Shown: positions 17,732-27,157, counted from the first letter of the stretch. The stretch: DNA of 64,000 bases from an uncultured Planctomycetales bacterium (GCA_964446835.1 CAYUQT010000007.1:9176-73175); one strand, 5' to 3'. Numbers and translations are program-made. Notes: generated by a model not told the origin, from the letters alone.

Positions 17732-19813
17732 ATGATCAAGTTCATGCGAAAGCATAACAAGAAGCTTCTGGCCATCTTCACCGCCGGACTGCTGGTGGTT
17801 TGGCTTGGGTCTCAAGCTTTGGAGGAGATGCTCAAGCGAGACACGAGCAAGGAGACGGCCGGGCGTGCTTTCGGCCAATCCTTCGATCGACGTGATCGAC
17901 AGAACGCGCACATGCGAATCGAAGTACTCAGCTCCATGGGATTCCCCTGGAACCGCCCGTGGGGGATGAACATGTCGCGGCTGCCCATCCGACCCGTCGA
18001 CGAGTTGACGTGGTTCCTGCTGGACAGGGAAGCCCGTCGCCAGGGCATCGAGGTGACCACGCGAGAGGTCGACAGCCTTCTGACGGCGGCGCAGATGCCC
18101 GGCACCGTGCTTGAACGCATTCGGGACCGCAATGGCGTGTCTATCGACAGCATCAAGAGCTTCATCGCAGACTTCATGCGGATCGAGCGTTTGGGGCACA
18201 TGGCCGCCGGGGCCATCAAGGTGTCCGATGTCGAAGCCCGACACCTCATTCGCGACACGGGCGAGAAGGTCACCGTTCGCATGACGGTGCTGAAGGCATC
18301 GGACTTTGCCGAGCCGAACACCCCACCGGATGCTGCTGCGATGGAGAAGCAGTTCCACGACCTCAAGAACGATCTGCCGGGCAAGGGAGGGCGTCACGGC
18401 TATGGGTATCGCTGCCCCGATCGAATTCGATTGGAGTACATCACGACCTCGCTGACGGCCATTGAGAATGCCCTGAAGGTATCCAAGGACGAGGCGATGG
18501 AGTACTGGCGCGAGCATCGGCAGAACTACACGAAGCAGGTGCCGGTGAGTACGGCACCGTCGAGCGCCCCTTCGACCAATGCTGCGACCACGGCCAGTGC
18601 CCCCACCACGAGCAGCAAGCCGACCTCCATGGAGGCGAAGATCAAGTCGTTCGACGAGGCGTACGAGCAGGTTGTGGCCGACATGCGAAGAGATCGGGCA
18701 CCCAGCATCGCCGAGAAGCTCGTTCGCGAGACTTCACAACGGATCATGGAGCCGTGGTTCGACATTCAGGCCGATCCGAACACCGGGTACAAGAAGGCGC
18801 CGGTCGGCGTGGACGCCCCCGACTATCTGAGCAAGATCGCGGCCGAAGTCTGCCGGCGGAACGAGATGCCGACGGATGCACTTCGTGTGGTTAAGCCAAG
18901 TCAGTGGATCAGCCGCAGCGATGTCGCCGCCTTGGAGGGTATCGGCAAGGCGACACTGGAGGCTCAGCCGTCGGAGGAGGATTCTCCGGCCGAGTTCGCG
19001 GACGCTGCCTTCCGAGTCCAGAACCTGTACACCCTCCCTAAGGAACGGCGCGGGTCGCATGGATTGTCGCTGTTCGAGCTGTACACCACCCCATTGCGTG
19101 ACCGGAAGGATGGGGCGCCCAACAACTACTATCTGTTCCGAGTTGTGGCCGCCCAGAAGGAGCATACGCCTGAGACGATCGATGAGGTGAAGGATCTCGT
19201 CAAACGAGACGTGATCGAGATGGCGGGTTATCAGAAGGCCGCCGATCTGGCCCGGAAGCTTCAGGCCGCCGCGGCAGGCAAGGGACTCCAGGAGGCGGTC
19301 CAGGCAGACGCCTCGCTGAGCAAGAAGCTTGGCGACAAGGCTGTCTTGAAGCCTGAGCCGTTCGCCCGGCGTCGGTCGTATGGTCAGATGGCTCTCCAGC
19401 TCGGCATGCCGTTTTCGATCCTCTGGCCGCTGGAGGAGCTGAACGTCACCGAGGAGCGGAAAGTCGGTTTTCTTCCGATGCCGACGGTCGCCGAACCCTA
19501 TGTGGAGGAGACCGAGCGTTTCCTGGAGGCCTGCTTCCAGCTAGCTCCGCCCCCAAGCCCGACGACGACAGCCGCCTCTCAGCCGACGCGAAAGGTGACG
19601 GTGGTCGAGATGCCCCGTGCCCGTCAATGGGTGGTGGTCGAGTTCGAGAAGATCGACCGCGTTCAGAGGGGTGACGCACAGAAGGCCCTGGCTCAGACTC
19701 AGGGCATCCTGCAATACGAAAGAGTTGTCAGTTTCTTCAAGGAATGGTACGACCCGGAGCAGGTCAAGAAACGTGCGGGGTATAAGCCCGCTCACGACGA
19801 AGAGGGACAATAG
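17732..19813 (+). CDS. PpiD/SurA-like periplasmic chaperone (peptidyl-prolyl isomerase family)
   Basis: Basic N-terminus plus a single TM (MIKFMRKHNKKLLAIFTAGLLVVWLG), typical of PpiD, followed by a SurA-N-like chaperone region. RBS GAGGGAG. Confidence 0.6.
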   Translation: MIKFMRKHNKKLLAIFTAGLLVVWLGSQALEEMLKRDTSKETAGRAFGQSFDRRDRQNAHMRIEVLSSMGFPWNRPWGMNMSRLPIRPVDELTWFLLDREARRQGIEVTTREVDSLLTAAQMPGTVLERIRDRNGVSIDSIKSFIADFMRIERLGHMAAGAIKVSDVEARHLIRDTGEKVTVRMTVLKASDFAEPNTPPDAAAMEKQFHDLKNDLPGKGGRHGYGYRCPDRIRLEYITTSLTAIENALKVSKDEAMEYWREHRQNYTKQVPVSTAPSSAPSTNAATTASAPTTSSKPTSMEAKIKSFDEAYEQVVADMRRDRAPSIAEKLVRETSQRIMEPWFDIQADPNTGYKKAPVGVDAPDYLSKIAAEVCRRNEMPTDALRVVKPSQWISRSDVAALEGIGKATLEAQPSEEDSPAEFADAAFRVQNLYTLPKERRGSHGLSLFELYTTPLRDRKDGAPNNYYLFRVVAAQKEHTPETIDEVKDLVKRDVIEMAGYQKAADLARKLQAAAAGKGLQEAVQADASLSKKLGDKAVLKPEPFARRRSYGQMALQLGMPFSILWPLEELNVTEERKVGFLPMPTVAEPYVEETERFLEACFQLAPPPSPTTTAASQPTRKVTVVEMPRARQWVVVEFEKIDRVQRGDAQKALAQTQGILQYERVVSFFKEWYDPEQVKKRAGYKPAHDEEGQ

Positions 19814-20244
19814 CGTCTGCTCCGGACAGGACGCCTCATGTGACAAAGGACGCGACGGATCCTGTCTCGCCGTCTCAGGAGGACACTCCTGCAATCGGCG
19901 TTCACGATCGAAAGACGCGATGGCAGTGCCCGCAGCTCGGCAACCCCGTGACCTTCGGCTACTGCCGTGTGGCGAATCGGTCGTTGCCGTGTCGTCGAAT
20001 CGTATCGTGCTGGTCGGACACCTTTGACGTACTGGGGTTCCTTCGCCAGCAGTACACGCCCGAGCAGTGTGCAGAGACCCTCGATGCTCCACCGACCGGT
20101 CGTTTGGATATCATTGCCGAGACGCTTGAGAGGGTGTTGCCCAAGCGAAGCGACAACGAGACGTGAAAGAACCGGATCGCGGGCCAGGCGACGATCGCCT
20201 TTCTGCCGCCGTCTGGTGCCGGCGGGAACCCTCCTGGGTTCCGG

Positions 20245-20625
20245 TCATGGTTCGCCGTGGGTCTCCGGGAAGAACGCATCGTCGGCGCTCATGTCCGGTA
20301 TCCCCACGACGAGAACGCGCATGCGTCCTTTGGCCCCGTGAACGACGCCCGGGGGGATGTGGACGAGGGATCCCTTGCGGATGGGATGCTCGGTGCCGTC
20401 CAGTCGGATCGTGCCCTCGCCGTCAAGCACGTAGTAGATCTCTGTGCCGAGTTTGTGATAGTGCTCGCGAGCGCCGTCGATGTCCACGGCATGCACCCAG
20501 GCGGCCACACCCCTTTCCTGATCCTGACGGCTGAGCAGCAGATGCCGCCATCCACAGGTGCTCTGCTCCCTGGGGGCCTCTCCTTCGTGCCGAATGATCG
20601 TGGCTGCCGACTTGCGGGTGTCCAT
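20245..20625 (-). CDS. cupin-domain protein
   Basis: Conserved cupin motifs (HAVDIDGAREHYHK...EIYYVLDGEG; GSLVHIPPGVVHGA). RBS GGGAGGG. Confidence 0.75.
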   Translation of the reverse strand: MDTRKSAATIIRHEGEAPREQSTCGWRHLLLSRQDQERGVAAWVHAVDIDGAREHYHKLGTEIYYVLDGEGTIRLDGTEHPIRKGSLVHIPPGVVHGAKGRMRVLVVGIPDMSADDAFFPETHGEP

Positions 20626-20833
20626 AGAAACCCTCCCACCGGTCCAATAGGGTTATTTTTTGAGTCCTCTCTCTAACGAAATCCAGTAAGGTGGGTCTAT
20701 AATACATGAAGTGAGGGTGAAAGATGCGGCCACCCCGATAGCACGTCGTACATGTCATAGGTTTCTTGTGGTTACCCGGCGAATTGCACGCCGACGAACG
20801 GTTGCAGTTCCGTCCGGACACGGAGGACAAGCC

Positions 20834-21844
20834 ATGGTCACAAAGAACACGATCCTTTTGCGAGCCTTGATCATCGGTGTGTGGATCCTGACGATTGCAG
20901 GCTGTGTACCCTTTCTACCGACGCCGACACCAACCCCGACTCCGACCCCCCAACCGAACACCCCGACGACGCTCGACGACGGTCACAAGATCTACAATGT
21001 CGCGGCCGACTTCATCACCTATGCCGAGCAGAACGCCCAGGCCAACGCCGCTACCCGGAAGACGCAGTGGGATCAGATGCTGGAGTCCAAGTACACCGAC
21101 TTCTTCAATGACGTAATTTACCGCGGCAAGACCGGCCAAGACCGAGAGGACTACAAGGCAACGGTCATCGACCAGTTCTGGAATGACGTGGTTCCCAGAC
21201 TCAGCACCCTCAAACAGGTCAGCAGCGGGGCCGTTCAGAACGTCCTGACGGGGCGGACGACGTTCAAGAATGCGTTTTCCGACTTCGATCCGCAGGCTGA
21301 CTACTACCTGACCGTCTCGTTCAGCTTCAAGGGCAAGGCGGTAGAGGTGGCCGGACATAAGGGCATCGGCCTGGGCCTGGAATACTTCGGTCCCAATGAT
21401 ATCCAATTGGACATGACGATCGCCCACGAGCAGTTTCACCTGTATCACTTCACGACGTTCTCGCCGCAGGGTGGGCTCTACCGCGGGGTGTGGAGCGAGG
21501 GGATGGCGGTCTATGCCGTGGAACACCTGATGCCGGGCTATGACGCGGCGGACTACCTCGGATTCACCGCCGATCAGATGGACAGCATGAACAGCGCATT
21601 CTATGACCTGACCGACGATATACGCACGAACCTCGGGTCCAGTGATCAGGCGATCAAGCGGGCCTACCTGGGTGCCGAGGACAACGATCTTGGCATTCCG
21701 CCGATGTCGGGCTACTACGTCGGCTACTACCTCGTGAAGGCCCTGATCGACGAGGGCAACACCCTGGGAGACATGACACGGTGGGACGCCAATACGGTGT
21801 ATAACACGATGGATGAGATCCTGCCGGAGTTGGAGCAGCCGTAA
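20834..21844 (+). CDS. lipoprotein with Pro-Thr linker and HExxH motif (putative Zn-dependent peptidase, DUF2268-like)
   Basis: GGAGG RBS; lipobox ILTIAGC. (PT)n linker PTPTPTPTPQPNTPTT. HEQFH motif within IAHEQFHLYHF. Confidence 0.55.
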   Translation: MVTKNTILLRALIIGVWILTIAGCVPFLPTPTPTPTPTPQPNTPTTLDDGHKIYNVAADFITYAEQNAQANAATRKTQWDQMLESKYTDFFNDVIYRGKTGQDREDYKATVIDQFWNDVVPRLSTLKQVSSGAVQNVLTGRTTFKNAFSDFDPQADYYLTVSFSFKGKAVEVAGHKGIGLGLEYFGPNDIQLDMTIAHEQFHLYHFTTFSPQGGLYRGVWSEGMAVYAVEHLMPGYDAADYLGFTADQMDSMNSAFYDLTDDIRTNLGSSDQAIKRAYLGAEDNDLGIPPMSGYYVGYYLVKALIDEGNTLGDMTRWDANTVYNTMDEILPELEQP

Positions 21845-21930
21845 GGGCGCAACGTCCCTTGCCCACCCAGGGTCGGCAAGGGCGCAGATCTATTCGCCAC
21901 CCCCTCCGTCGCGGACATGCGTGACGGTGT

Positions 21931-23022
21931 CTAGTCACGAAACAGAGGGGAGTCGGCTCGGTCGCCCCGTCGCCGCGCGACGGCCCGATAGATGGCCAGG
22001 GCGTTCGGGATCGGGGTGTCGGGCTGGATGTTGTGGCACGGGCCGAGGATGTAGCCCCCGCCCTTGCCGACCTCGTCCATCAGGTGCTCGACCTCTTGTT
22101 CGACCTCGGCGGGGGTCGACCGCTGAAGCCCACCCTGGACGTCCACGCCGCCGTGCAGGACGATCCGGCCGGCGAACTCCTTCTTGAGGCTGTAGGGGTT
22201 CATGCCGACCGCCTGGGGCTGAATCGTCTGGAGGGCGTCCATCCCCACCTGAACGAACCGCGGGATGAGGGCCCGGCTCGATCCGCAGCAGTGGTGCGAG
22301 ACCTTGGCGCCGTAGCTGTGGACCATGTCGAAGAGTTCCTTCTTGCGCGGCGCGAAGAGATGATCGAAGGTGGCGCCCGAGATCAGGGGACCCCGTTGTG
22401 TGCCGAAGTCGTCGCCGCACAGGACCAGGTCGATGCGCCCCGCCGCGGCCTTGAGCGACCGTTCGATGTGCTCCATATAGAATCGATGCCGCCGCTCGAC
22501 GATGTAGAGGTAGACGGGATCTTCCATGGCGATGTCGAGCAGCACCTGTTCAACGCCGCGACCGAACGCCACACCGTTGATGAAGTCCTGCACGCCGAAG
22601 CTCCCCACGGCGATCGCCTTATCCGGATGCTTGCGGCAGAGCACGTGAATGGCGTCGTAATCGTATGCGTCGGCGCTCGGCCATGGGTGAGCCTTCGCCT
22701 CATCGAGGGTGGTCCACCTGGCGAACGGCAGGACGGTCGGTTCGGCGTACTCGCCGTATTCGTTGGGCATCGGCTTGCGAACCACGCCCCAGATATCCGT
22801 CACGGCCCCGTCGGGGTACGTGGGCAGTTTCGGACCGATGTACGGCGGATTGACGAACCGCAGGTCGGTGCCGAGGGCGTCCATCAGCGCATCGTCGGTG
22901 GAGACACCGAAATGATCGAGCAACGCCCGATGGATCTCCGGCGTGGCGAAGTAGTCGCAGGGAGTGCAATCCGGCTGAGTGTGGGCCAGTGCGGTCTCAA
23001 TGCGCGTCCGTGAGCTCATCAT
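21931..23022 (-). CDS. uroporphyrinogen decarboxylase (URO-D) family protein, MtaA/CmuA-like methyltransferase
   Basis: Start MMSSRTRIE overlaps the upstream stop (ATGA). URO-D fold motifs are present. The ORF-track N-terminal 175 aa are Arg-rich antisense junk. Confidence 0.7.
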   Translation of the reverse strand: MMSSRTRIETALAHTQPDCTPCDYFATPEIHRALLDHFGVSTDDALMDALGTDLRFVNPPYIGPKLPTYPDGAVTDIWGVVRKPMPNEYGEYAEPTVLPFARWTTLDEAKAHPWPSADAYDYDAIHVLCRKHPDKAIAVGSFGVQDFINGVAFGRGVEQVLLDIAMEDPVYLYIVERRHRFYMEHIERSLKAAAGRIDLVLCGDDFGTQRGPLISGATFDHLFAPRKKELFDMVHSYGAKVSHHCCGSSRALIPRFVQVGMDALQTIQPQAVGMNPYSLKKEFAGRIVLHGGVDVQGGLQRSTPAEVEQEVEHLMDEVGKGGGYILGPCHNIQPDTPIPNALAIYRAVARRRGDRADSPLFRD

Positions 23023-24191
23023 GCATAGACTCCATATTCCCGCACCGCCTCCCACATGGCCATGATGTTTTCCGGCGGTACGTCGGCCTGAATGTTGTGA
23101 ACCGTGTTGAAGATGAATCCGCCGCCCGGGGCAAGGTCTTCGATCCGGCGCCGAACTTCCTGCCGGACGTCGGCGGGCGTGCCGCGAGGCAGGATCCGCT
23201 GTGTATCCACGCCTCCTCCCCAGAAGGTCAGGTCTTTTCCGAATCGTCGTTTCAGTTCGCGTGTGTCCATGCCGGCGGCACTGACCTGAACGGGGTTCAG
23301 GATATCGATGCCCGATTCGATCAGGTCGGGCAGGATGGAGGTCACGGCGCCGCAGCAGTGATAGAAGATCTTGACCGGCACCCGGGCATGTTTCCGGATG
23401 AATGAGAAGAGTCGAGTGTGTCGGGGTTTGATCAGTTCGCGATAGAGGTCCGGCGCGACGAGAACGCGATCCTGCGTGCAGAGATCGTCGGCCTCGCTGA
23501 CGACCATGACGTTCTCGCCGACGAGTTCGAGAACGCGGGCCCAATACTTCATCTTGATTTCGCAGACGATGTCCAGAAGCGCCTCGGCCAGCGGCCGGTC
23601 GGCGAGCATGTCGCAGTAGTAGTTCTCAAAGCCGCGCATCCAGAGCGCCATTTCGAAGATGCCTGGGGCGTTTCGACCCAGGACGTAGGCGACCTGACGA
23701 CGATTCATCAATTCGTCGGCCTTGGCGGCGATACCCTCGTAGCGCCCCGGGTCCAACGGATCCGGAAAGCGAACGGCGGCCAGATCCTTCACGCCGGTGA
23801 TGTTGGCCAGCGGATGCACGCGCATGTCGTAATAGAAACCGCCGTCCCTGGGCATCCACCACTCGATGCCCCACTCGTCGAGGTACTTGTGGTAGGCCTC
23901 TTCGGTCCATGTTCTGGGACGGTGGGCGTTCGGCGGCCCGGGATTGATTCCGCAAACATCGACCTCAAGACGCTGCTTGACGTCGTCGTGAACCCTGGCG
24001 AGCTGCTGGAAGGTGTCCTCGATCTCGATCTCGACCTCGGGCAGCCCGAGATAAGTTCTCAGGCGGCGGTAGGCCTTCTCGTGAATACCGGTCAGAATCG
24101 TGCCGCCCAGATCGAACGGCACGCGATCGGGCTCCTGATGATTCAGACTGGCCTCGACGCGACGACGGCTCGTCCAGGAATGTGTCGACAT
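23019..24191 (-). CDS. uroporphyrinogen decarboxylase (URO-D) family protein, MtaA/CmuA-like methyltransferase
   Basis: Start MSTHSWTSRR is preceded by GGAGAG. It shares the fold of the downstream paralogue (VPFDLGGTILTG, NVMVVSEADD, ILNPVQ). Confidence 0.7.
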   Translation of the reverse strand: MSTHSWTSRRRVEASLNHQEPDRVPFDLGGTILTGIHEKAYRRLRTYLGLPEVEIEIEDTFQQLARVHDDVKQRLEVDVCGINPGPPNAHRPRTWTEEAYHKYLDEWGIEWWMPRDGGFYYDMRVHPLANITGVKDLAAVRFPDPLDPGRYEGIAAKADELMNRRQVAYVLGRNAPGIFEMALWMRGFENYYCDMLADRPLAEALLDIVCEIKMKYWARVLELVGENVMVVSEADDLCTQDRVLVAPDLYRELIKPRHTRLFSFIRKHARVPVKIFYHCCGAVTSILPDLIESGIDILNPVQVSAAGMDTRELKRRFGKDLTFWGGGVDTQRILPRGTPADVRQEVRRRIEDLAPGGGFIFNTVHNIQADVPPENIMAMWEAVREYGVYA

Positions 24192-24336
24192 GAGCGTCTC
24201 TCCATACGTTCCATTGGAGCGATTCGACGACGCCACAGTGTACAGACTGAGTGAAGGGCGGGCCAGATGGAAGAAATCCCACCGGCCGGGCGTCCAAACC
24301 TTCGGCAGCGTCGAGGCAGAAGACAATACTATGATT

Positions 24337-24364
24337 TTGATATTTTAGAATAGTGCTATATACT
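24337..24364 (+). promoter_or_regulatory. AT-rich promoter/operator region (TTGATA-N16-TATACT) of the ArsR-family regulator operon
   Basis: A 70-nt AT-rich island in a GC-rich genome sits between divergent genes. The -10 element ends about 7 nt before the regulator ATG, so the transcript may be leaderless. Confidence 0.35.
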
Positions 24365-24370
24365 GTTATT

Positions 24371-24691
24371 ATGGTGCGACACCCGCAAACATCTCGACAG
24401 CATCTCCAGGAGGAAGACCTCGAACGGATTGCGCATGTTCTGAAGGCGGTGGCTCATCCGCTTCGACTCCGGATCATCGAACTTCTGGAGGGACGCGAGA
24501 TGTGTGTCACCGCCCTGATCGAGGCCCTGGGCACCAAGCCGGCGATCACCAGCCAGCAGCTTGGGCTGATGAAAGACCGGGGCGTGCTTGCGAGCCGTCG
24601 GGATGGGAATCATGTGTATTACCGTGTGGTGAATCCCGGTGTGATCCGAGTGCTTCACTGCATCCGGGTTCACGCCGATGCCGAAGGGTGA
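24371..24691 (+). CDS. ArsR/SmtB-family transcriptional regulator, SqrR/BigR-like (two conserved Cys)
   Basis: The wHTH signature HPLRLRIIELL...CVTALIEAL, plus a second Cys near the C-terminus (VLHCIRV), gives the two-Cys arrangement of persulfide-sensing BigR/SqrR. Confidence 0.7.
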   Translation: MVRHPQTSRQHLQEEDLERIAHVLKAVAHPLRLRIIELLEGREMCVTALIEALGTKPAITSQQLGLMKDRGVLASRRDGNHVYYRVVNPGVIRVLHCIRVHADAEG

Positions 24692-24733
24692 TTTAAACAT
24701 CAGGCGAGCCTGAGCCGTTGACAGGAGCGCATC

Positions 24734-25318
24734 ATGTGGTGGATGCTAGTGCTTGGTTTGATGGTTGGAGGATTGGTGGGGTTCGGCTGGTATCGTCTGG
24801 TCGGGTGCAGGACGGGAACCTGTCCGATCACGTCCAGTCGGACGACATCGATTCTTTTTGGCGCTGCCATGGGCCTGTTTGTGGCCCTGCAAGCGCAGGC
24901 GTCGAGCGGTAACTGTCCTCTGACACGTGCGTTGGGGCGCGATGACGGCGTCGCGTCGGCCCACGTTAAGCCCGACAAGACTCAGAAGGAGAAAAGGACC
25001 ATGGCGGAAGTGATTACGTCGGACAGTGATTTTGAAAGCAAGGTTCTCAGCGCGGATAAGCCGGTGCTGGTGGACTTCTATGCCGATTGGTGCGGGCCGT
25101 GCAAGTTTCTCGCCCCCGTCGTCGAGGAGATGGCCAAGGAACTGGCCGGCAAGGCGTATGTATACAAGATCAACGTGGACGAGGTCGGCGGCGTAGCAGC
25201 CCGCTACGGCATCCAGTCGATTCCCACGGTGATCCTCTTCAAGGGTGGCGAGGCGGTCAAGCAGTTTGTCGGCGTAAGGGGCAAAGAGGAATACGTTTCT
25301 GCCCTTGGCAAACTGTAG
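24734..25318 (+). CDS. thioredoxin with N-terminal Cys-containing membrane domain (fusion ORF; internal RBS+ATG at 25001 would yield a canonical 105-aa thioredoxin)
   Basis: AGGAG RBS before 24734. The N-terminal 60 aa have two TM segments and the motif GCRTGTCP. The C-terminal half is a classic thioredoxin (WCGPC). AAGGAG precedes the internal Met at 25001. Confidence 0.7.
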   Translation: MWWMLVLGLMVGGLVGFGWYRLVGCRTGTCPITSSRTTSILFGAAMGLFVALQAQASSGNCPLTRALGRDDGVASAHVKPDKTQKEKRTMAEVITSDSDFESKVLSADKPVLVDFYADWCGPCKFLAPVVEEMAKELAGKAYVYKINVDEVGGVAARYGIQSIPTVILFKGGEAVKQFVGVRGKEEYVSALGKL

Positions 25319-25453
25319 CCTTCGCACGCAAGCCATGATTCCTCTCAAGGCGCGCCCACATCGCTTGAGCGCGCTTCCTTATCCATGTCCTGCGTCGCGA
25401 ACCCCTGAGGAAACCGTGTGCTCCACACGGCGGACCGGATGAAAGGCACACTG

Positions 25454-27157
25454 ATGGACCGTGAACTGAACGTCATAGTGATCGGCGGCGTGGCCGCGGG
25501 GATGAAGTCGGCATCGAGACTGAGGCGGCTGGATCCCAAGGCTCGGATCACGGTGATCGAGAAGGACCGGCTGGTCAGCTACGCGGCGTGCGGCATGCCC
25601 TACTACGTCGAGGGGTTGGTCAACGACATCGATCATCTGATGACCACTCCGGTCGGGGCGCCCCGCAACCCGGCCTTCTTCCACGCGGTCAAGGACATCG
25701 AGGTCCGAACGCGAACCTGGGCCGAGCGGATCGACCGGGCGGCTCGGTGTGTCCACGTCAAGAACCTGGACACGGGCCAGACCGATGTCCTTTCCTACGA
25801 CAAGCTGGTCATTGCCACGGGCGCATCACCGGCCGTGCCGACGATTCAGGGGGTTGAACTCAAGGGGGTTTATAAGCTGTATCACCCCGATGAAGCCCAG
25901 GCATTGCGGCAAGCGGTTGACACCGGGCAGATCCGCCGGGCCGTCCTGATCGGTGGCGGTCTGATCGGGATGGAAACGGCCGAGGCGCTGGTCGCCCGAG
26001 GCGTTCAGGTGACCATCGTCGAGAAGATGGGCCACATTCTGCCGAAGCTGCTTGACGATGAATCGGCGGCATTCCTCACACGGCACTTGCGCGCCAAGGG
26101 CGTCAACGTGATCACGCGTGCCGACGTGACGGGTATTGAAGGCGACACCGAGGGGCACGTCCGCTCGGTTCGGGCCGGCGAGCACACGATTGAGACGGAC
26201 ATGGTGCTGCTGGCCATCGGGATCCGTCCGAACGTCGACCTGGCGCGCCATGCGGGGCTGTCGATCGGTCAGACCGGCGCCATCGACGTGGACGATCGCT
26301 GCCGTACGAGCGACCCGAACATCTATGCCGGTGGCGACTGCGTGGAGTGCGTCCACCGGATCACCGGTCGGAAGGCCTATGTCCCGCTGGGCTCGACGGC
26401 GAACAAGCATGGCCGGATCATCGGCGACAACCTGGCCGGCATCGAGAGCCGTTTCGAAGGGATTCTGGGCACGTGCGTCTTCAAGGCGTTTGACTATACG
26501 GTCGCCCGCACGGGTCTGACCGAAGTTCAGGCTCGCGAGGCGGGGCTGACAACTCGAACCTCACTGGTGCCCGGCCCCGATCGGGCGCACTACTATCCCG
26601 GCAGCCAGCCGATCCTGGTGAAGCTGATCGCCGATGCCTCATCGGGCCGATTGCTGGGGGCTCAGGTGGTTGGCGCTGGAGAGTGTGCCAAACGGATCGA
26701 CGTGCTGGCCACCGCCATGCATTTCAAGGGAACGATCGACGACGTGGCGTCGCTCGACCTCGGGTATGCCCCACCCTATGCCGGGCCCATCGACAACGTG
26801 GCTCACGCGGCCAACGTGGTCCGCAACAAGCGCGACGGCATCGCCGTTTCCATCGGTCCGCAGGAGCTTCGCGAGAAGCTCGGGCGCGGTGAGGATCTCG
26901 TGCTGCTCGACGTTCGAACGCCTGCTGAGATCGAGAAGATGCGGATCGAAGACGCTCACGTGGTCTGCATCGGCCTGGGCCGGCTGCGGGAGCAGCTCGA
27001 TCGGCTGCCTCGTGACAAGGAGATCATCACCTACTGCTCGGTCAGTCTTCGCGGCTACGAAGCCCAGCGGATTCTCGTCGGAGCGGGCTTCTCTCGGGTG
27101 AAGTTTCTGGACGGCGGCCTGGCGGCCTGGCCATACGAACTCAAATACGGCAAGTAG
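25454..27157 (+). CDS. CoA-disulfide reductase family FAD/NAD(P)H oxidoreductase fused to C-terminal rhodanese domain (CoA persulfide reductase type)
   Basis: FAD fold GGVAAG, active-site Cys in SYAACGMPYY and NAD-binding GGGLIGME. The C-terminal rhodanese domain has the catalytic Cys (YCSVSLRG). Confidence 0.8.
   Translation: MDRELNVIVIGGVAAGMKSASRLRRLDPKARITVIEKDRLVSYAACGMPYYVEGLVNDIDHLMTTPVGAPRNPAFFHAVKDIEVRTRTWAERIDRAARCVHVKNLDTGQTDVLSYDKLVIATGASPAVPTIQGVELKGVYKLYHPDEAQALRQAVDTGQIRRAVLIGGGLIGMETAEALVARGVQVTIVEKMGHILPKLLDDESAAFLTRHLRAKGVNVITRADVTGIEGDTEGHVRSVRAGEHTIETDMVLLAIGIRPNVDLARHAGLSIGQTGAIDVDDRCRTSDPNIYAGGDCVECVHRITGRKAYVPLGSTANKHGRIIGDNLAGIESRFEGILGTCVFKAFDYTVARTGLTEVQAREAGLTTRTSLVPGPDRAHYYPGSQPILVKLIADASSGRLLGAQVVGAGECAKRIDVLATAMHFKGTIDDVASLDLGYAPPYAGPIDNVAHAANVVRNKRDGIAVSIGPQELREKLGRGEDLVLLDVRTPAEIEKMRIEDAHVVCIGLGRLREQLDRLPRDKEIITYCSVSLRGYEAQRILVGAGFSRVKFLDGGLAAWPYELKYGK

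Noticed and set aside
19840-20166. 108-aa ORF between the PpiD-like gene and the cupin gene, with a possible Cys-rich segment (WQCPQLGNPVTFGYCRVANRSLPCRRIVSCW)
   Set aside because: No RBS, no recognisable zinc-ribbon spacing (CxxC pairs), and it is overlapped by other equally long frames. Kept only as a low-probability small ORF.
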